Shown here: piece after piece, positions 41,747 through 52,160 of the stretch
How positions within the stretch are numbered: the stretch's first letter is position 1
Layout: the number at the start of each line of letters is the position of its first letter
Source of the DNA: a virus
Taxonomy: Duplodnaviria > Caudoviricetes
DNA length: 64,000 nucleotides
Direction: 5' to 3' (one strand)
Virus record (IMG/VR): IMGVR_UViG_3300032219_002227
Span: 1-64,000 of that record
Program-made: the position numbers and the translations under genes
Notes under the pieces: generated by a model
The model's input: the letters and a program-made list of their open reading frames with translations, nothing else
Told to the model about the DNA's origin: nothing
Databases searched by the model: none

Positions 41747-42639
41747 TGCTAAAAATATTCTCTAATTTTAGAAATCCAGATACTGATCCTTTATTTGAAT
41801 ATATTAGAGGAAAATATAATGATAAACCTATCACTATATTTTATGAAAAATTTCCTAATTCAAAAGAAGAATTAGAAATAAACCCTTATAATTTTCTTAT
41901 TCTATTAGAACCAAATGAATTTTTTGGACTACATAGCGCAGCTATATCAAATCAACATTTATTTACTGGGATTATTGCTTGGAGTGATCTAATCCATCAG
42001 AATTGTTTTAATGCTATTAAATTTAATTTTAATGGTAGAGTATTAGATAAGGATTTTTGTAATGAAATAGAAAATATAGAAAAAATATTTGAAGTATCTT
42101 TTCTATGTGGAGATAAAAATTTAGTAGAAGGACATAAATTAAGACATAAGGTACATGAATTAGAATCTCAAATATTAATACCTAAAAAATGGTATTATGT
42201 TTTGGATGATTATGATTTAACTACTAATACACGTCCTGGTTATTCTGATTATACTAAGGATTTATCCCATATTCCTAAAGGGGTAGATATAATTGGATAT
42301 GGAAAACGAGTATTATTTAAAGAATCTATGTTCAATATTGTTATAGAAAATGTTAAACATACTAATTGGTATAATAAAATTGGAGATAACTTTTTATCTA
42401 AGACAGTTCCTATCTATTGGGGTTGCCCTAATATTGAAGATTTTGGATATGATAAAAGAGGTATTATAATGTTTGAAAATGAAAAAGAACTATTATCAAT
42501 CATAAACTCACTTACTCCAGAAAAATATAAGGAAATGAAACCTTATATAGATTATAATTATGAGGTAGCTAAGTTAGATGATTTAGAAGATAGAATAAGT
42601 GAAATCTTTGATAGCTTCACCCAACTAAATAACCTATGA
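41746..42639 (+). CDS. GT10 (alpha-1,3-fucosyltransferase-like) glycosyltransferase
   Basis: FNIVIEN...KIGDNF..KTVPIYWGCPN. Confidence 0.78.
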   Translation: MLKIFSNFRNPDTDPLFEYIRGKYNDKPITIFYEKFPNSKEELEINPYNFLILLEPNEFFGLHSAAISNQHLFTGIIAWSDLIHQNCFNAIKFNFNGRVLDKDFCNEIENIEKIFEVSFLCGDKNLVEGHKLRHKVHELESQILIPKKWYYVLDDYDLTTNTRPGYSDYTKDLSHIPKGVDIIGYGKRVLFKESMFNIVIENVKHTNWYNKIGDNFLSKTVPIYWGCPNIEDFGYDKRGIIMFENEKELLSIINSLTPEKYKEMKPYIDYNYEVAKLDDLEDRISEIFDSFTQLNNL

Positions 42640-43112
42640 TACTCCCAGAAGTAAAAATATACCAACCTGATTCATTTGAAGATTATAGAGGAGAATTATA
42701 TACTTTATTTAAACAGGAAGAGCATGAATTAGTTTTTAACCATGATAAAGTATCTGTTTCAAGACAAAATGTGTTAAGAGGAATGCATGGTGATTCTAAA
42801 TCATGGAAATTAATTACCTGTTTAAGTGGTGTTGTATATTTAGTTGTTATAGATAATAGACCTGAATCTTTAAATTATTTAAAATGGGATAGTATAGTAT
42901 TAAGTGAAACTAATAGAAAGCAAGTATTAGTACCTCCTATGTTTGCTAATGGTCATTTAGTATTAAGTTCCCAAGCTACATTCTTTTATAAATGGTCCTA
43001 TCTAGGAGATTATCCAGATGTTAAAGATCAATTTACATTAAAATGGAATGATCCTAAAATTAATATACATTGGCCTATAGACAATCCTATATTATCAAAT
43101 CGAGATAAATGA
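42636..43112 (+). CDS. RmlC-family NDP-4-keto-sugar 3,5-epimerase
   Basis: FEDYRG, VLRGMHG, VPPMFANGH, WNDP...WP. Confidence 0.9.
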   Translation: MILPEVKIYQPDSFEDYRGELYTLFKQEEHELVFNHDKVSVSRQNVLRGMHGDSKSWKLITCLSGVVYLVVIDNRPESLNYLKWDSIVLSETNRKQVLVPPMFANGHLVLSSQATFFYKWSYLGDYPDVKDQFTLKWNDPKINIHWPIDNPILSNRDK

Positions 43113-43158
43113 TTTGGATATTTAAAATAATTTAATTATATTCATAAAAATAAAACAA

Positions 43159-43701
43159 ATGGCAAAAGCACTTATCATTACATGGGAAAAATTTCAAGAT
43201 CATGAATTGATCTACCCATATTATAGTTTAAAAGAAGCAGGTTACGAAGTAACACTAATGGCTAATAAACAAGGTAAAATTTGGGGTTCGTTAGGTACTC
43301 ATATGCTTTGTGATGTTGAAACTTCAATATTTGAAGATGAAATAATAAGACAACAATATTTAAATGAGTATGAAATTCTACTCGTACCGGGAGGTGTAAA
43401 AGCGCTTGAGAAAGTAAGACAAGAAAAAGGTGTACTTAAATTTATTCAAGAATGGAATACAGCAGATAAAACTATATTTTCTGTTTGTAATGGAGCCCAA
43501 TTGCTTATTTCAGCTAAAATTTTGAAAGGCAGAACACTTTCAGGATATTATTCAATTGACGTTGATATTGAAAACGCAGGCGCTACTTACGACAGAGGAC
43601 CAGTAGTAGTAGATAGAAATATTATTTCTTGTCCACATTATGATTTTATGGGTGATTGGATGAGAACAGCATATCAAGTACATAATGAGAGAAAAAAATG
43701 A
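43159..43701 (+). CDS. DJ-1/PfpI family protein
   Basis: FQDHE, VPGG, SVCNG nucleophile elbow. Confidence 0.88.
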   Translation: MAKALIITWEKFQDHELIYPYYSLKEAGYEVTLMANKQGKIWGSLGTHMLCDVETSIFEDEIIRQQYLNEYEILLVPGGVKALEKVRQEKGVLKFIQEWNTADKTIFSVCNGAQLLISAKILKGRTLSGYYSIDVDIENAGATYDRGPVVVDRNIISCPHYDFMGDWMRTAYQVHNERKK

Positions 43702-44378
43702 GTAACTACAGTAATAATATAGTTAAAAAACCATGGGGTTATGAATACCTAGCATATCAAAATAAAGATGTTGCTTTATGGTTATTATATATTAAACATG
43801 GTCATCGTACTTCTTTACACTGCCATCCTAATAAAACAACAGGGTTAGTATTATTAAAAGGAAAAGCAGAAGTATCTTTTTTAAATAGTAGTACTATACT
43901 TAATTCTACTGATAAAATAATGATTCGAAAAGGATTATTCCATTCTACAGAAGCATTAAGTGAAGATGGAATATTTTTGTTTGAAATAGAAACCCCAGTA
44001 GATAAACAAGACTTAGTTAGATTTAAAGATAGCTACGGTAGAGAAGGTAAACCATATGAAGATGAAACTTTTGAAATACCTAAAGCAGAAGATTGTTTAT
44101 GGATTTACGAACCTAAAAATGGTGAAACTAAAGATTATATATTTGTTGATTGCTTACTTGATGTAAAAAATATTACTAATATAGAGGACTTTGATAAAAT
44201 TGAAGACTCATTAAATATAATGTTTTTAAAAGGAGGTATATTGGCCGAATATGGTCAAAAAGTAGCTGGACCTGGGGATGTAGTTATATCAAGTACTATT
44301 AAACAACTTACTAAAGTATTCTCTAAATTAGACCCAGATACTATAATAATGATTTTTAAAAAGGAAAATAATGTCTAA
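43698..44378 (+). CDS. Cupin-domain protein
   Basis: KPWG, SLHCH, FHST, DLVRFKDSYGR. Confidence 0.78.
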   Translation: MSNYSNNIVKKPWGYEYLAYQNKDVALWLLYIKHGHRTSLHCHPNKTTGLVLLKGKAEVSFLNSSTILNSTDKIMIRKGLFHSTEALSEDGIFLFEIETPVDKQDLVRFKDSYGREGKPYEDETFEIPKAEDCLWIYEPKNGETKDYIFVDCLLDVKNITNIEDFDKIEDSLNIMFLKGGILAEYGQKVAGPGDVVISSTIKQLTKVFSKLDPDTIIMIFKKENNV

Positions 44379-44757
44379 TTTTTACCCACCTGGATTTAAA
44401 ACTGAAAAAAAAGTAGTAGCAATTGATTTTGATGGTGTAATACATGATGCTTATAAAGGATGGGGTGATGGTACTTGTTATGGAGATCCACTACCTGGAG
44501 CTTTAGAAGCAATAAAGAAATTAGCCGAGAATTATGATATTGTTATCTTTACTGCTAAAGCAAAGCCAGATCGCCCATTAGTAAATAATAAAACTGGTTC
44601 TATGTTAGTTAGAGAATGGTTTATTAAATATGGTGTAGTAGATTATATAAAGGGTATTACTAGTGAAAAACCAAGAGCTGAACTATATATTGACGATAAT
44701 GGTTATCGTTTTGAAAATTGGAATGATACTTTAAAATTTATAGAAAATGAATTATAG
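44371..44757 (+). CDS. HAD-family hydrolase
   Basis: IDFDGVI, FTA, KP, YIDD. Confidence 0.85.
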   Translation: MSNFYPPGFKTEKKVVAIDFDGVIHDAYKGWGDGTCYGDPLPGALEAIKKLAENYDIVIFTAKAKPDRPLVNNKTGSMLVREWFIKYGVVDYIKGITSEKPRAELYIDDNGYRFENWNDTLKFIENEL

Positions 44758-45574
44758 ATTAAATGCATTTAAAAAAGCATCATTTTGTAGACACTTTGAA
44801 AATGCTGTATATAAAAATGCTCAAAATAAAAATATAAAACTTCCAATCTACCTATCAGCAGGACAAGAATATATCCCCGCTAGTATAGCTACTGTTTTAG
44901 AAGAACAAGGAATTGAACCTAATATCTTTATTCAACATAGAGGTCACTCAACATATCTTTCATTTGGAGCAGATCCCGTTGCATTAGTAAATGAGTTACT
45001 AGGTAGAAAAACAGGATGTGCAGGTGGAATGGGAGGATCTGCTTCTATTCATTCATATGAAAAAAATATATTTGGTCATGATGGGTTAATGGGTAGTCAA
45101 GTTCCTATAGCAGTAGGACATTGTTATGCTACTCGTAAACCAACTATTGTAGTAATGGGAGATGCATCAGCAGAAGAAGATTATGTATTAGGTGCTATGG
45201 GTTGGGCATCAACTAAAAACTTACCTATATTATTTGTAGTTGAAGATAATAATTTATCTATCTTAACTGAAAAGAAAGTTAGACGTAATTGGGAAATGGA
45301 TGATGTAGCTAAAGCATTTAAAATGAGAGGTTTTAATATTGAAGATAATCCTGAAATAATTAAAGAACACCTTAAAGATGTATTTAATGGCCCTATGCTT
45401 TTAAATATCAATACAAATAGAAAATATTGGCACTCAGGCGCAGGACAAGATGGAAATAATTTTGATCGTTATGAAAAAGAATTAAATCTACTTGGTGAAG
45501 AAGCAATTCAAATTGATTTAGAAAATAAACAATCTATAGAAAAGTTATGGCAATTACAGTTAGAGAAACAATAA
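44747..45574 (+). CDS. TPP-dependent enzyme, E1-alpha-like
   Basis: SAGQE, HRGH, GMGGS, GDASAEE...EDNN. Confidence 0.88.
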   Translation: MNYRLNAFKKASFCRHFENAVYKNAQNKNIKLPIYLSAGQEYIPASIATVLEEQGIEPNIFIQHRGHSTYLSFGADPVALVNELLGRKTGCAGGMGGSASIHSYEKNIFGHDGLMGSQVPIAVGHCYATRKPTIVVMGDASAEEDYVLGAMGWASTKNLPILFVVEDNNLSILTEKKVRRNWEMDDVAKAFKMRGFNIEDNPEIIKEHLKDVFNGPMLLNINTNRKYWHSGAGQDGNNFDRYEKELNLLGEEAIQIDLENKQSIEKLWQLQLEKQ

Positions 45575-46461
45575 AAAATATTACTTATAAACATCTTACT
45601 GAAGGTAGAGGTAAATGTTATGGACAATGTCTTACTGCTGTAGGTTGGGTAGGTGGAACTTTACCTGAACTATATGAAGAAGATGGTATGGTTGAATTAT
45701 CTATGGCTGATGTAGCTGGAGGTTCAATAGTAACAGGTGTAGCCTTATCTGGTGAAAGAGCAATTTATGTTGTTCGATATCAAGGATTTCAATGGTACAA
45801 TGCAGTATCAGTTGTTAACTATGCTGCAAAATCAAAAGAATTATGGAATCGTCCATGTCCTATATTTGTAAGGAGTATAGCAATGGAAGGTGGAATTGGC
45901 CCTGTAGCTGGATCTTCTCATCATTCATTAGTACATCGTATGCCTGGAATTAAAGTATTAGCCCCTATGACTCCAGAAGAATATCAACTATCATATGATC
46001 TATATATGGCCGATAATGATCCATATTATATTTCAGAGCATAGAAAATCATATGATAATACAGAAGAATTGTGTGATGTAGTTGATAAAGAGGAAGTTGA
46101 TTTTACTATATTTCCTATTTCAATTACACGTTTTGAAATGAAAAAACTAATTGAATTGGCTAATCAAGAAGGAATTAAATTAAATATACTTCATCAATTA
46201 TGGCTTAAACCATTCCATGTATTAGATTATTGGACATCAGCTTTAAAAAATTCTAAGTATGGTGGATTAGTAACAGATGATGATTACGTTGAAGGTGTAG
46301 CTAGTAGTATAGCTAATCAATTAACTGTATCTACTGGTAAAGTAGTTCATACATTAGGTTTAGAACCAAGGACAGCAGGATTCCACCCATCAGTAGATAA
46401 TTTACCTCCAACAGCTGAAAAAATATTAGAAAAATTAAAACAAATAAAAAATGAGCTTTAA
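45547..46461 (+). CDS. TPP-dependent enzyme, E1-beta/transketolase-like
   Basis: Adjacent to the alpha subunit; VNYAAK, MPGIKVLAP, EHR. Confidence 0.82.
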   Translation: MAITVRETIKNITYKHLTEGRGKCYGQCLTAVGWVGGTLPELYEEDGMVELSMADVAGGSIVTGVALSGERAIYVVRYQGFQWYNAVSVVNYAAKSKELWNRPCPIFVRSIAMEGGIGPVAGSSHHSLVHRMPGIKVLAPMTPEEYQLSYDLYMADNDPYYISEHRKSYDNTEELCDVVDKEEVDFTIFPISITRFEMKKLIELANQEGIKLNILHQLWLKPFHVLDYWTSALKNSKYGGLVTDDDYVEGVASSIANQLTVSTGKVVHTLGLEPRTAGFHPSVDNLPPTAEKILEKLKQIKNEL

Positions 46462-47614
46462 TTGGCCTTTAATTAATGACAATATTACTCAACAAGATAG
46501 AGAAGTATTGGCCGATTTCTGTTTAAACGGAAAACGTTTTACTAACGGAGAGAAAGTAAAAGAATTTGAAAAAGTATGGTCTGAATGGCTTGGAGTTAAA
46601 CATTCAGTAATGGTTAATTCAGGTGCCTCTGCTAATTTCATTTCAATTGCAATGGTAAAAGAACTAAAAGGTATAGGTGAAGTAATTGTACCCCCAATCG
46701 GATGGGTTTCAGATATATCTTCAGTAGTACAATTAGGAATGAAACCAGTATTTGTAGACATTGATATAAATAATTTCAATATCACAGCCGAAAATATTAA
46801 AGCAGCTATTACTAAAGATACTAAAGCAATTGTATTAGTCCATACTTTAGGATTTAATGGTATGACTGATGAAATTGTTAAGATAGCAAAAGAAAATAAC
46901 CTTATATTAATTGAAGACTGTTGTGAAGCACACGGTGCTACATTTGGAGATAAAAAAGTAGGATCAATTGGTGATATTAGTTTATTTTCATTTTATTTTG
47001 GACATCATATTACTACAATCGAAGGTGGTACAGTATGTGTTAACGATAATAAATTATATGACTTAGCTAAGCTATTCCGTTCACATGGTATGACTAGAGA
47101 AGCCTCATCTGAATTACAAGAACAATATAAACTATCAAATCCAGAATTAAATCCATTATTTACATTTGCTGTAGCTGGATTTAATATGAGATCAACTGAA
47201 TTAAATGCTGTGTTAGGATTAGAACAAATGAAACGTTTAGATTATAATATTGAATGCCGTAGAAATAATCTTAATACTTGGTTACAACATCTCGATTCAT
47301 CTAAATTTATTACTTCATTCAATACAGAAGGTAATAGTAACTTTGCTTTACCACTTGTAATGCAAAATGTTATTAAAAATAAACTAAAAGATGTTTGTAA
47401 TATATTAACTGAAAATGGAGTTGAATATAGAGTAGGAACAGCAGGTGGAGGAAATCAAGCTCGTCAACCATATTTAGAAAAATTTTCATATAAAATATTT
47501 GGAATCCTAAATAAAGCTAATTATATTCATGAAAACGCTCTCTATATAGGCAATCATCCAGAATTAACAGAAGAGCAAATTACTGATCTTTGTAAAAAAT
47601 TAAATAATGTTTAA
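46451..47614 (+). CDS. PLP-dependent NDP-4-keto-6-deoxysugar 3-dehydratase (ColD/RfbH type)
   Basis: VNSGASAN, EDCCEAHG, SFYFGHHITTIEGG (His at the usual Schiff-base Lys position). Confidence 0.82.
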   Translation: MSFNWPLINDNITQQDREVLADFCLNGKRFTNGEKVKEFEKVWSEWLGVKHSVMVNSGASANFISIAMVKELKGIGEVIVPPIGWVSDISSVVQLGMKPVFVDIDINNFNITAENIKAAITKDTKAIVLVHTLGFNGMTDEIVKIAKENNLILIEDCCEAHGATFGDKKVGSIGDISLFSFYFGHHITTIEGGTVCVNDNKLYDLAKLFRSHGMTREASSELQEQYKLSNPELNPLFTFAVAGFNMRSTELNAVLGLEQMKRLDYNIECRRNNLNTWLQHLDSSKFITSFNTEGNSNFALPLVMQNVIKNKLKDVCNILTENGVEYRVGTAGGGNQARQPYLEKFSYKIFGILNKANYIHENALYIGNHPELTEEQITDLCKKLNNV

Positions 47615-48572
47615 AGACCAAAAAGTATTAGTTACTGGTGGAAGTGGAATGATTGGGCGTCAATTAGTAAATTTATTAATTGATAGAGGAGCTACAGTAT
47701 ATGTAGCTGATCTTAATGAACCTCTTAATATGCCTTCTGAAATCATATTTAAAAAAGTTGATTTAAGAGACTTTAGTGATTGTAAAAGAATATGTGAAGG
47801 AATGGATTATGTGTTTAATCTAGTTGGTATTAAAGCTTCACCTAAAGTAACATTAGAACAACCATTTGATATTATGGGTCCAATGCTTCAATTTAATACT
47901 AATATGATTGAAGCAGCACTAACAACACCAAGCATAAAATGGTTTCTATATACAAGTACAGTTGGTGTTTATACTCCAGCTGAAGTATTTTATGAAGATG
48001 ATGTTTGGAATGGTTTTCCATCTCGAAATGACTGGTATGGAGGTTGGGCTAAAAGAATGGGTGAATTGCAGTGTGAAGCTTATGAAAAACAATATGGTGA
48101 AGGAAAATGTTCCATTATCAGACCAGCTAACGTTTATGGACCATATGATAATTTCGATCCTAAAAATTCAATGGTAGTACCTTCATTAATTAGAAAAGCA
48201 GCTGAAAACGATATTATTGAAGTTTGGGGTGATGGTTCATCAATTAGAGATTTTGTTCACGCTAAAGATGTAGCAAATGGAATGTTGTTTGCTGTTGAAA
48301 ATAAAATAACTAAACCACTTAATATTGGTAGTGGAAATGGAGTAACAATTAAAGAATTAGCAGAAATAGTAGCTGAATACTTTAATAAACCAATTAAATG
48401 GTTAACTGACAAACCTTCAGGAGATGCTAAACGTATCTTCAGTATGGAAAGAGCATATTCATATGGATTTAAAAATGAAGTATCACTTAAAGACGGAGTA
48501 ATAGATGCTATTGAATGGTTTTTAAAAAATAAAAATATAGTAGATAAAAGATTTAATATTTTAAATAAATAA
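47607..48572 (+). CDS. NDP-sugar epimerase/reductase (GDP-fucose synthase-like)
   Basis: TGGSGMIG, YGGWAK, RPANVYGP, VWGDGS..RDF. Confidence 0.85.
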   Translation: MFKDQKVLVTGGSGMIGRQLVNLLIDRGATVYVADLNEPLNMPSEIIFKKVDLRDFSDCKRICEGMDYVFNLVGIKASPKVTLEQPFDIMGPMLQFNTNMIEAALTTPSIKWFLYTSTVGVYTPAEVFYEDDVWNGFPSRNDWYGGWAKRMGELQCEAYEKQYGEGKCSIIRPANVYGPYDNFDPKNSMVVPSLIRKAAENDIIEVWGDGSSIRDFVHAKDVANGMLFAVENKITKPLNIGSGNGVTIKELAEIVAEYFNKPIKWLTDKPSGDAKRIFSMERAYSYGFKNEVSLKDGVIDAIEWFLKNKNIVDKRFNILNK

Positions 48573-48574
48573 AA

Positions 48575-49534
48575 ATGGGATTTTATACTGGTAAAAATGT
48601 ATTAGTAACAGGAGCTGCAGGTATTACAGGACACGCAGCTGTTAAAAGACTATTAGCTGAAGGAGCTAATGTTAGAGCAACTGTTTATAATAATAGAGAG
48701 TTAGGTATAGAACCTAATTCAAATCTTGAAGTAGTTAAATGCGATCTTATGAAACATGAAGATTGTATGAGTGTATTACAAGGTATTGATGTTGTATTTA
48801 ACTTTGTAGCTTTTATTAGAGGAGCTAAAGGACAAACAGAATACGGAAACGCTTTAGATTTAGTAAGAAACAATCTATTTACTTCAATTAATATGATTGA
48901 TGCTGCTGTTAGAAGTAAAACTCCACTATTTGGATTTATTGGCAGCTCTACTATGTACCCAGATGTTTCTCATCCAGTAAATGAAGATGAAGCATATGAT
49001 TCTGAACCTCATAAATTATACAGAGGTGTAGGTTGGATGAAACGTTATGTTGAACAAGTAATTCGTTATTATCAAGATATCTCAGAAACTAAATTTGGAG
49101 TTGTTCGTACAACAGCAATTTACGGTCCACACGATGCATTCAACGAAAACGGACATGCTATTCCTCAATTGATTCTAAAAGCAGATGCTGGTATGAATCC
49201 ATTTGAAGTATGGGGTGATGGAACTCAAACACGTGATTTTATTTATGTAGATGATGTAGTTGATGCTGTTATGACTGTAGTTGAAAAAGCACCTACAGGA
49301 AGACCATATAATGCTTCTACAGGTAAAGGAACAACTGTAACTGAATTAGTAGAAACAATTACTGATGTTTATGGCTATAAACCAGAATTTAATTATGATA
49401 TAACTAAACCAACAATGATTCCAGTACGTTTAGTAGATGTATCAAGAATTAAAAATGAAGTAGGTTGGGAAGCAAAAACATCGTTAAAAGAAGGATTAGA
49501 GAAAACAATTGAATGGTATAAAAATAATAAATAA
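48575..49534 (+). CDS. NDP-sugar epimerase/reductase
   Basis: TGAAGITG, GSSTMYP, YGPHD, VWGDGTQTRDFIY. Confidence 0.85.
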   Translation: MGFYTGKNVLVTGAAGITGHAAVKRLLAEGANVRATVYNNRELGIEPNSNLEVVKCDLMKHEDCMSVLQGIDVVFNFVAFIRGAKGQTEYGNALDLVRNNLFTSINMIDAAVRSKTPLFGFIGSSTMYPDVSHPVNEDEAYDSEPHKLYRGVGWMKRYVEQVIRYYQDISETKFGVVRTTAIYGPHDAFNENGHAIPQLILKADAGMNPFEVWGDGTQTRDFIYVDDVVDAVMTVVEKAPTGRPYNASTGKGTTVTELVETITDVYGYKPEFNYDITKPTMIPVRLVDVSRIKNEVGWEAKTSLKEGLEKTIEWYKNNK

Positions 49535-50544
49535 TGGTTAATGCTTTTATTACCGGTATTACAGGAATGGTAGGATCACATTTAGCTGATTACTTATTAG
49601 CTAATACTGATTGGAAAATATATGGTTTAACTCGATGGAATGACTCATTAGAAAATATTGAGCATCTATCATCTGAAATCAATAATAAAGAACGTATTGA
49701 ATTAGTATATGGTGATTTAAATGATTTAGCTTCATTATTAGCAGCTGTAAATAAATCAAAACCAAACTACGTATTTCACTTAGCAGCACAATCATATCCA
49801 CAAACATCATTTGACTCACCTGTTGAAACACTTCAAACTAATATTTTAGGAACTACTAACCTACTAGAAGCATTAAGACATTCAGAATATAAAAATGCTG
49901 TAATTCACGTTTGCGCTTCAAGTGAAGTATTTGGACGTGTACCTAAAGAAAAATTACCAATTAATGAAGAATGTTCATTCCACCCAGCATCACCCTATGC
50001 AATATCTAAGGTTGGAACTGATCTAGTAGGTCGTTACTATGCTGAAGCATATGATATGACTATTATGACTACACGTATGTTTACGCATACTGGTCCTAGA
50101 CGTGGTGATGTATTTTCAGAATCAACATTTGCTAAACAAATAGCAATGATTGAAGTTGGATTACAAGAACCAAAAATATATGTTGGTAATTTAAAGTCAT
50201 TAAGAACATATGCTGATGTTAGAGATGCTGTTAAAGCATATTATATGCTTGTAACTGTTAATCCTAAAGCAGGTGAGTATTATAATATTGGAGGTACTTA
50301 TACTTGCGAAATTGGAGATATGCTTAATTTTTTAATTAGCCAATCAACAGTACCTAATATTGAAATTGTAACTGATCTAGAGCGTTTAAGACCAATTGAT
50401 GCTGATTTACAAATACCCGATACAACTAAATTTCAAGAACATACAGGGTGGAAACCAGAAATTTCATTTGATAAAACAATGAAAGATCTTTTAGAGTATT
50501 GGAGAAGTAAAGTAAAATCAGGTCGTAAATTTCTAAGACGATGA
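49534..50544 (+). CDS. GDP-sugar 4,6-dehydratase (GMD family; resembles the DmhA/WcbK heptose subfamily)
   Basis: TGITGMVG, HLAAQSYP, SSEVFG, SPYAISK, THTGPRR, RLRPIDAD. Confidence 0.88.
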   Translation: MVNAFITGITGMVGSHLADYLLANTDWKIYGLTRWNDSLENIEHLSSEINNKERIELVYGDLNDLASLLAAVNKSKPNYVFHLAAQSYPQTSFDSPVETLQTNILGTTNLLEALRHSEYKNAVIHVCASSEVFGRVPKEKLPINEECSFHPASPYAISKVGTDLVGRYYAEAYDMTIMTTRMFTHTGPRRGDVFSESTFAKQIAMIEVGLQEPKIYVGNLKSLRTYADVRDAVKAYYMLVTVNPKAGEYYNIGGTYTCEIGDMLNFLISQSTVPNIEIVTDLERLRPIDADLQIPDTTKFQEHTGWKPEISFDKTMKDLLEYWRSKVKSGRKFLRR

Positions 50545-51278
50545 AAATATTAGTTATAGGTGATAGCTGTACTGATATATTCAGATACGGTAAAGTAGAA
50601 AGACTCGCTCCGGAAGCACCAGTACCTGTTATTATTCCCGAAAGAGAAGAATCAACACCGGGTATGGCAGGAAATGTAGTTAGAAATTTAGAAGTATTAG
50701 GTGCGGATGTTACTTTTATTACTAATACAACTAGTATTAGAAAAGTTAGATATGTTTGTTCTAAATATAATCATATACTATTAAGGGTAGATGAAAATGA
50801 TAAATGTGAAAATATAAATGATCAGGTATCAGGAAATATATATTGGAGTGATTTTGATGCAGTTGTAATTAGTGATTATAATAAAGGATTTCTAGATGAA
50901 TTAGATATAAAATATATTTCAGAACAACATCCATTAATATTTTTAGATACTAAAAAAATACTAGGAAAATGGGCTCATGAAATTAATTGTATTAAAATTA
51001 ATTATCAAGAATATCTAAATAATCGTTCAATATTAGAATATGATTCTAATTTAAAAGATAAGACAATAGTAACAAGAGGTAAATATGGATGTGATTTTAG
51101 AGGAGTAAATTATCCAACTAAAGAAGTTCCTGTAAAAGATGTTTCTGGAGCAGGAGATACATTTTTAGCTGGTTTAGTAGTAGAGTACCTCAAAACAAAG
51201 GATTATGAAAAAGCAATTGCATTTGCTCAAGAATGCACAACAATAGTAGTTCAAAAATCAGGAGTATCAACAATATAA
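50541..51278 (+). CDS. PfkB sugar kinase (HldE/RfaE domain I-like)
   Basis: RLAPEAPVPV, GMAGNV, SDYNKG, DVSGAGDTF. Confidence 0.9.
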   Translation: MKILVIGDSCTDIFRYGKVERLAPEAPVPVIIPEREESTPGMAGNVVRNLEVLGADVTFITNTTSIRKVRYVCSKYNHILLRVDENDKCENINDQVSGNIYWSDFDAVVISDYNKGFLDELDIKYISEQHPLIFLDTKKILGKWAHEINCIKINYQEYLNNRSILEYDSNLKDKTIVTRGKYGCDFRGVNYPTKEVPVKDVSGAGDTFLAGLVVEYLKTKDYEKAIAFAQECTTIVVQKSGVSTI

Positions 51279-51279
51279 T

Positions 51280-52134
51280 ATGGAAACAAAAGCAGTAGTA
51301 TTAGGTTGCCGAAATGATGGCTATAAAGAAGATGAAAGAGTAGTAGCGTGTCTTAATTCAATGGTAGATACGTTTGATGAGGTATGGTTCTGTGATTGGA
51401 ACTCACCTGCCAAAAATGGTCCACTATTATGGAAATTAAAAGATCAAATTTTTAAAACAGGTAAGATTAAACATTTTGTTATTGATGAAAATGCAGCTAA
51501 AATACTTACAAATCACAATGATAAAGTAAGTCCATACGCTTTTATATTAGCTCAAAATCTAATGATTAGAAGATGTAATACAGATTGGATTACAAGTACA
51601 GCAATGGATATTGTAGCTCCAAGTAAAGAAAATTTAGATGTTTTTATTTCTAAAGCTAACAAAAATACATTCTATTCAGTTTCAAGACGTGATGTAGAAT
51701 ATTCAGAATTAGAAAATAGAAATTTCGATTGGAAATTATTTAGGAGCGAAATGGACGCTATAAGTGAACCTAGAATATTCCCAGCTAGAGTATGTCCTAA
51801 TGATGATTATAGTTTAATTAATTGCTGTGGTGATTTTCAAACAGCACATAGAGATGTATGGCATAAAATTAAAGGATTTGAAGAAAAAATGCTGTACGCT
51901 TGTTTTGGAGATACAAATGTTCAAAAGAAAGCAGTATTAAATGGGTTTAATTTAGAAGCATATTTTGATCTTCCATTATATCATTTGTCTCATAAAGGAA
52001 TGGGGAACGATGGTTCATCACCTTCAAAACAATATTATAATGATGTATGGGATTGGGTAGAATGGTTTAATGAATCACAAAATAATGAAAATTGGGGTTT
52101 TTCTAATATAGAAATAGAACATGAAATTTGGTAA
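51280..52134 (+). CDS. GT-A-like protein
   Basis: RNDGY, DWNS, GDFQ, GFEE. Confidence 0.6.
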   Translation: METKAVVLGCRNDGYKEDERVVACLNSMVDTFDEVWFCDWNSPAKNGPLLWKLKDQIFKTGKIKHFVIDENAAKILTNHNDKVSPYAFILAQNLMIRRCNTDWITSTAMDIVAPSKENLDVFISKANKNTFYSVSRRDVEYSELENRNFDWKLFRSEMDAISEPRIFPARVCPNDDYSLINCCGDFQTAHRDVWHKIKGFEEKMLYACFGDTNVQKKAVLNGFNLEAYFDLPLYHLSHKGMGNDGSSPSKQYYNDVWDWVEWFNESQNNENWGFSNIEIEHEIW

Positions 52135-52160
52135 TATATTTATAGAAGAATATATAATGT

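Noticed and set aside
44747-46461. Pyruvate dehydrogenase auxiliary metabolic genes
   Set aside because: No E2 or E3 genes; embedded among NDP-sugar enzymes
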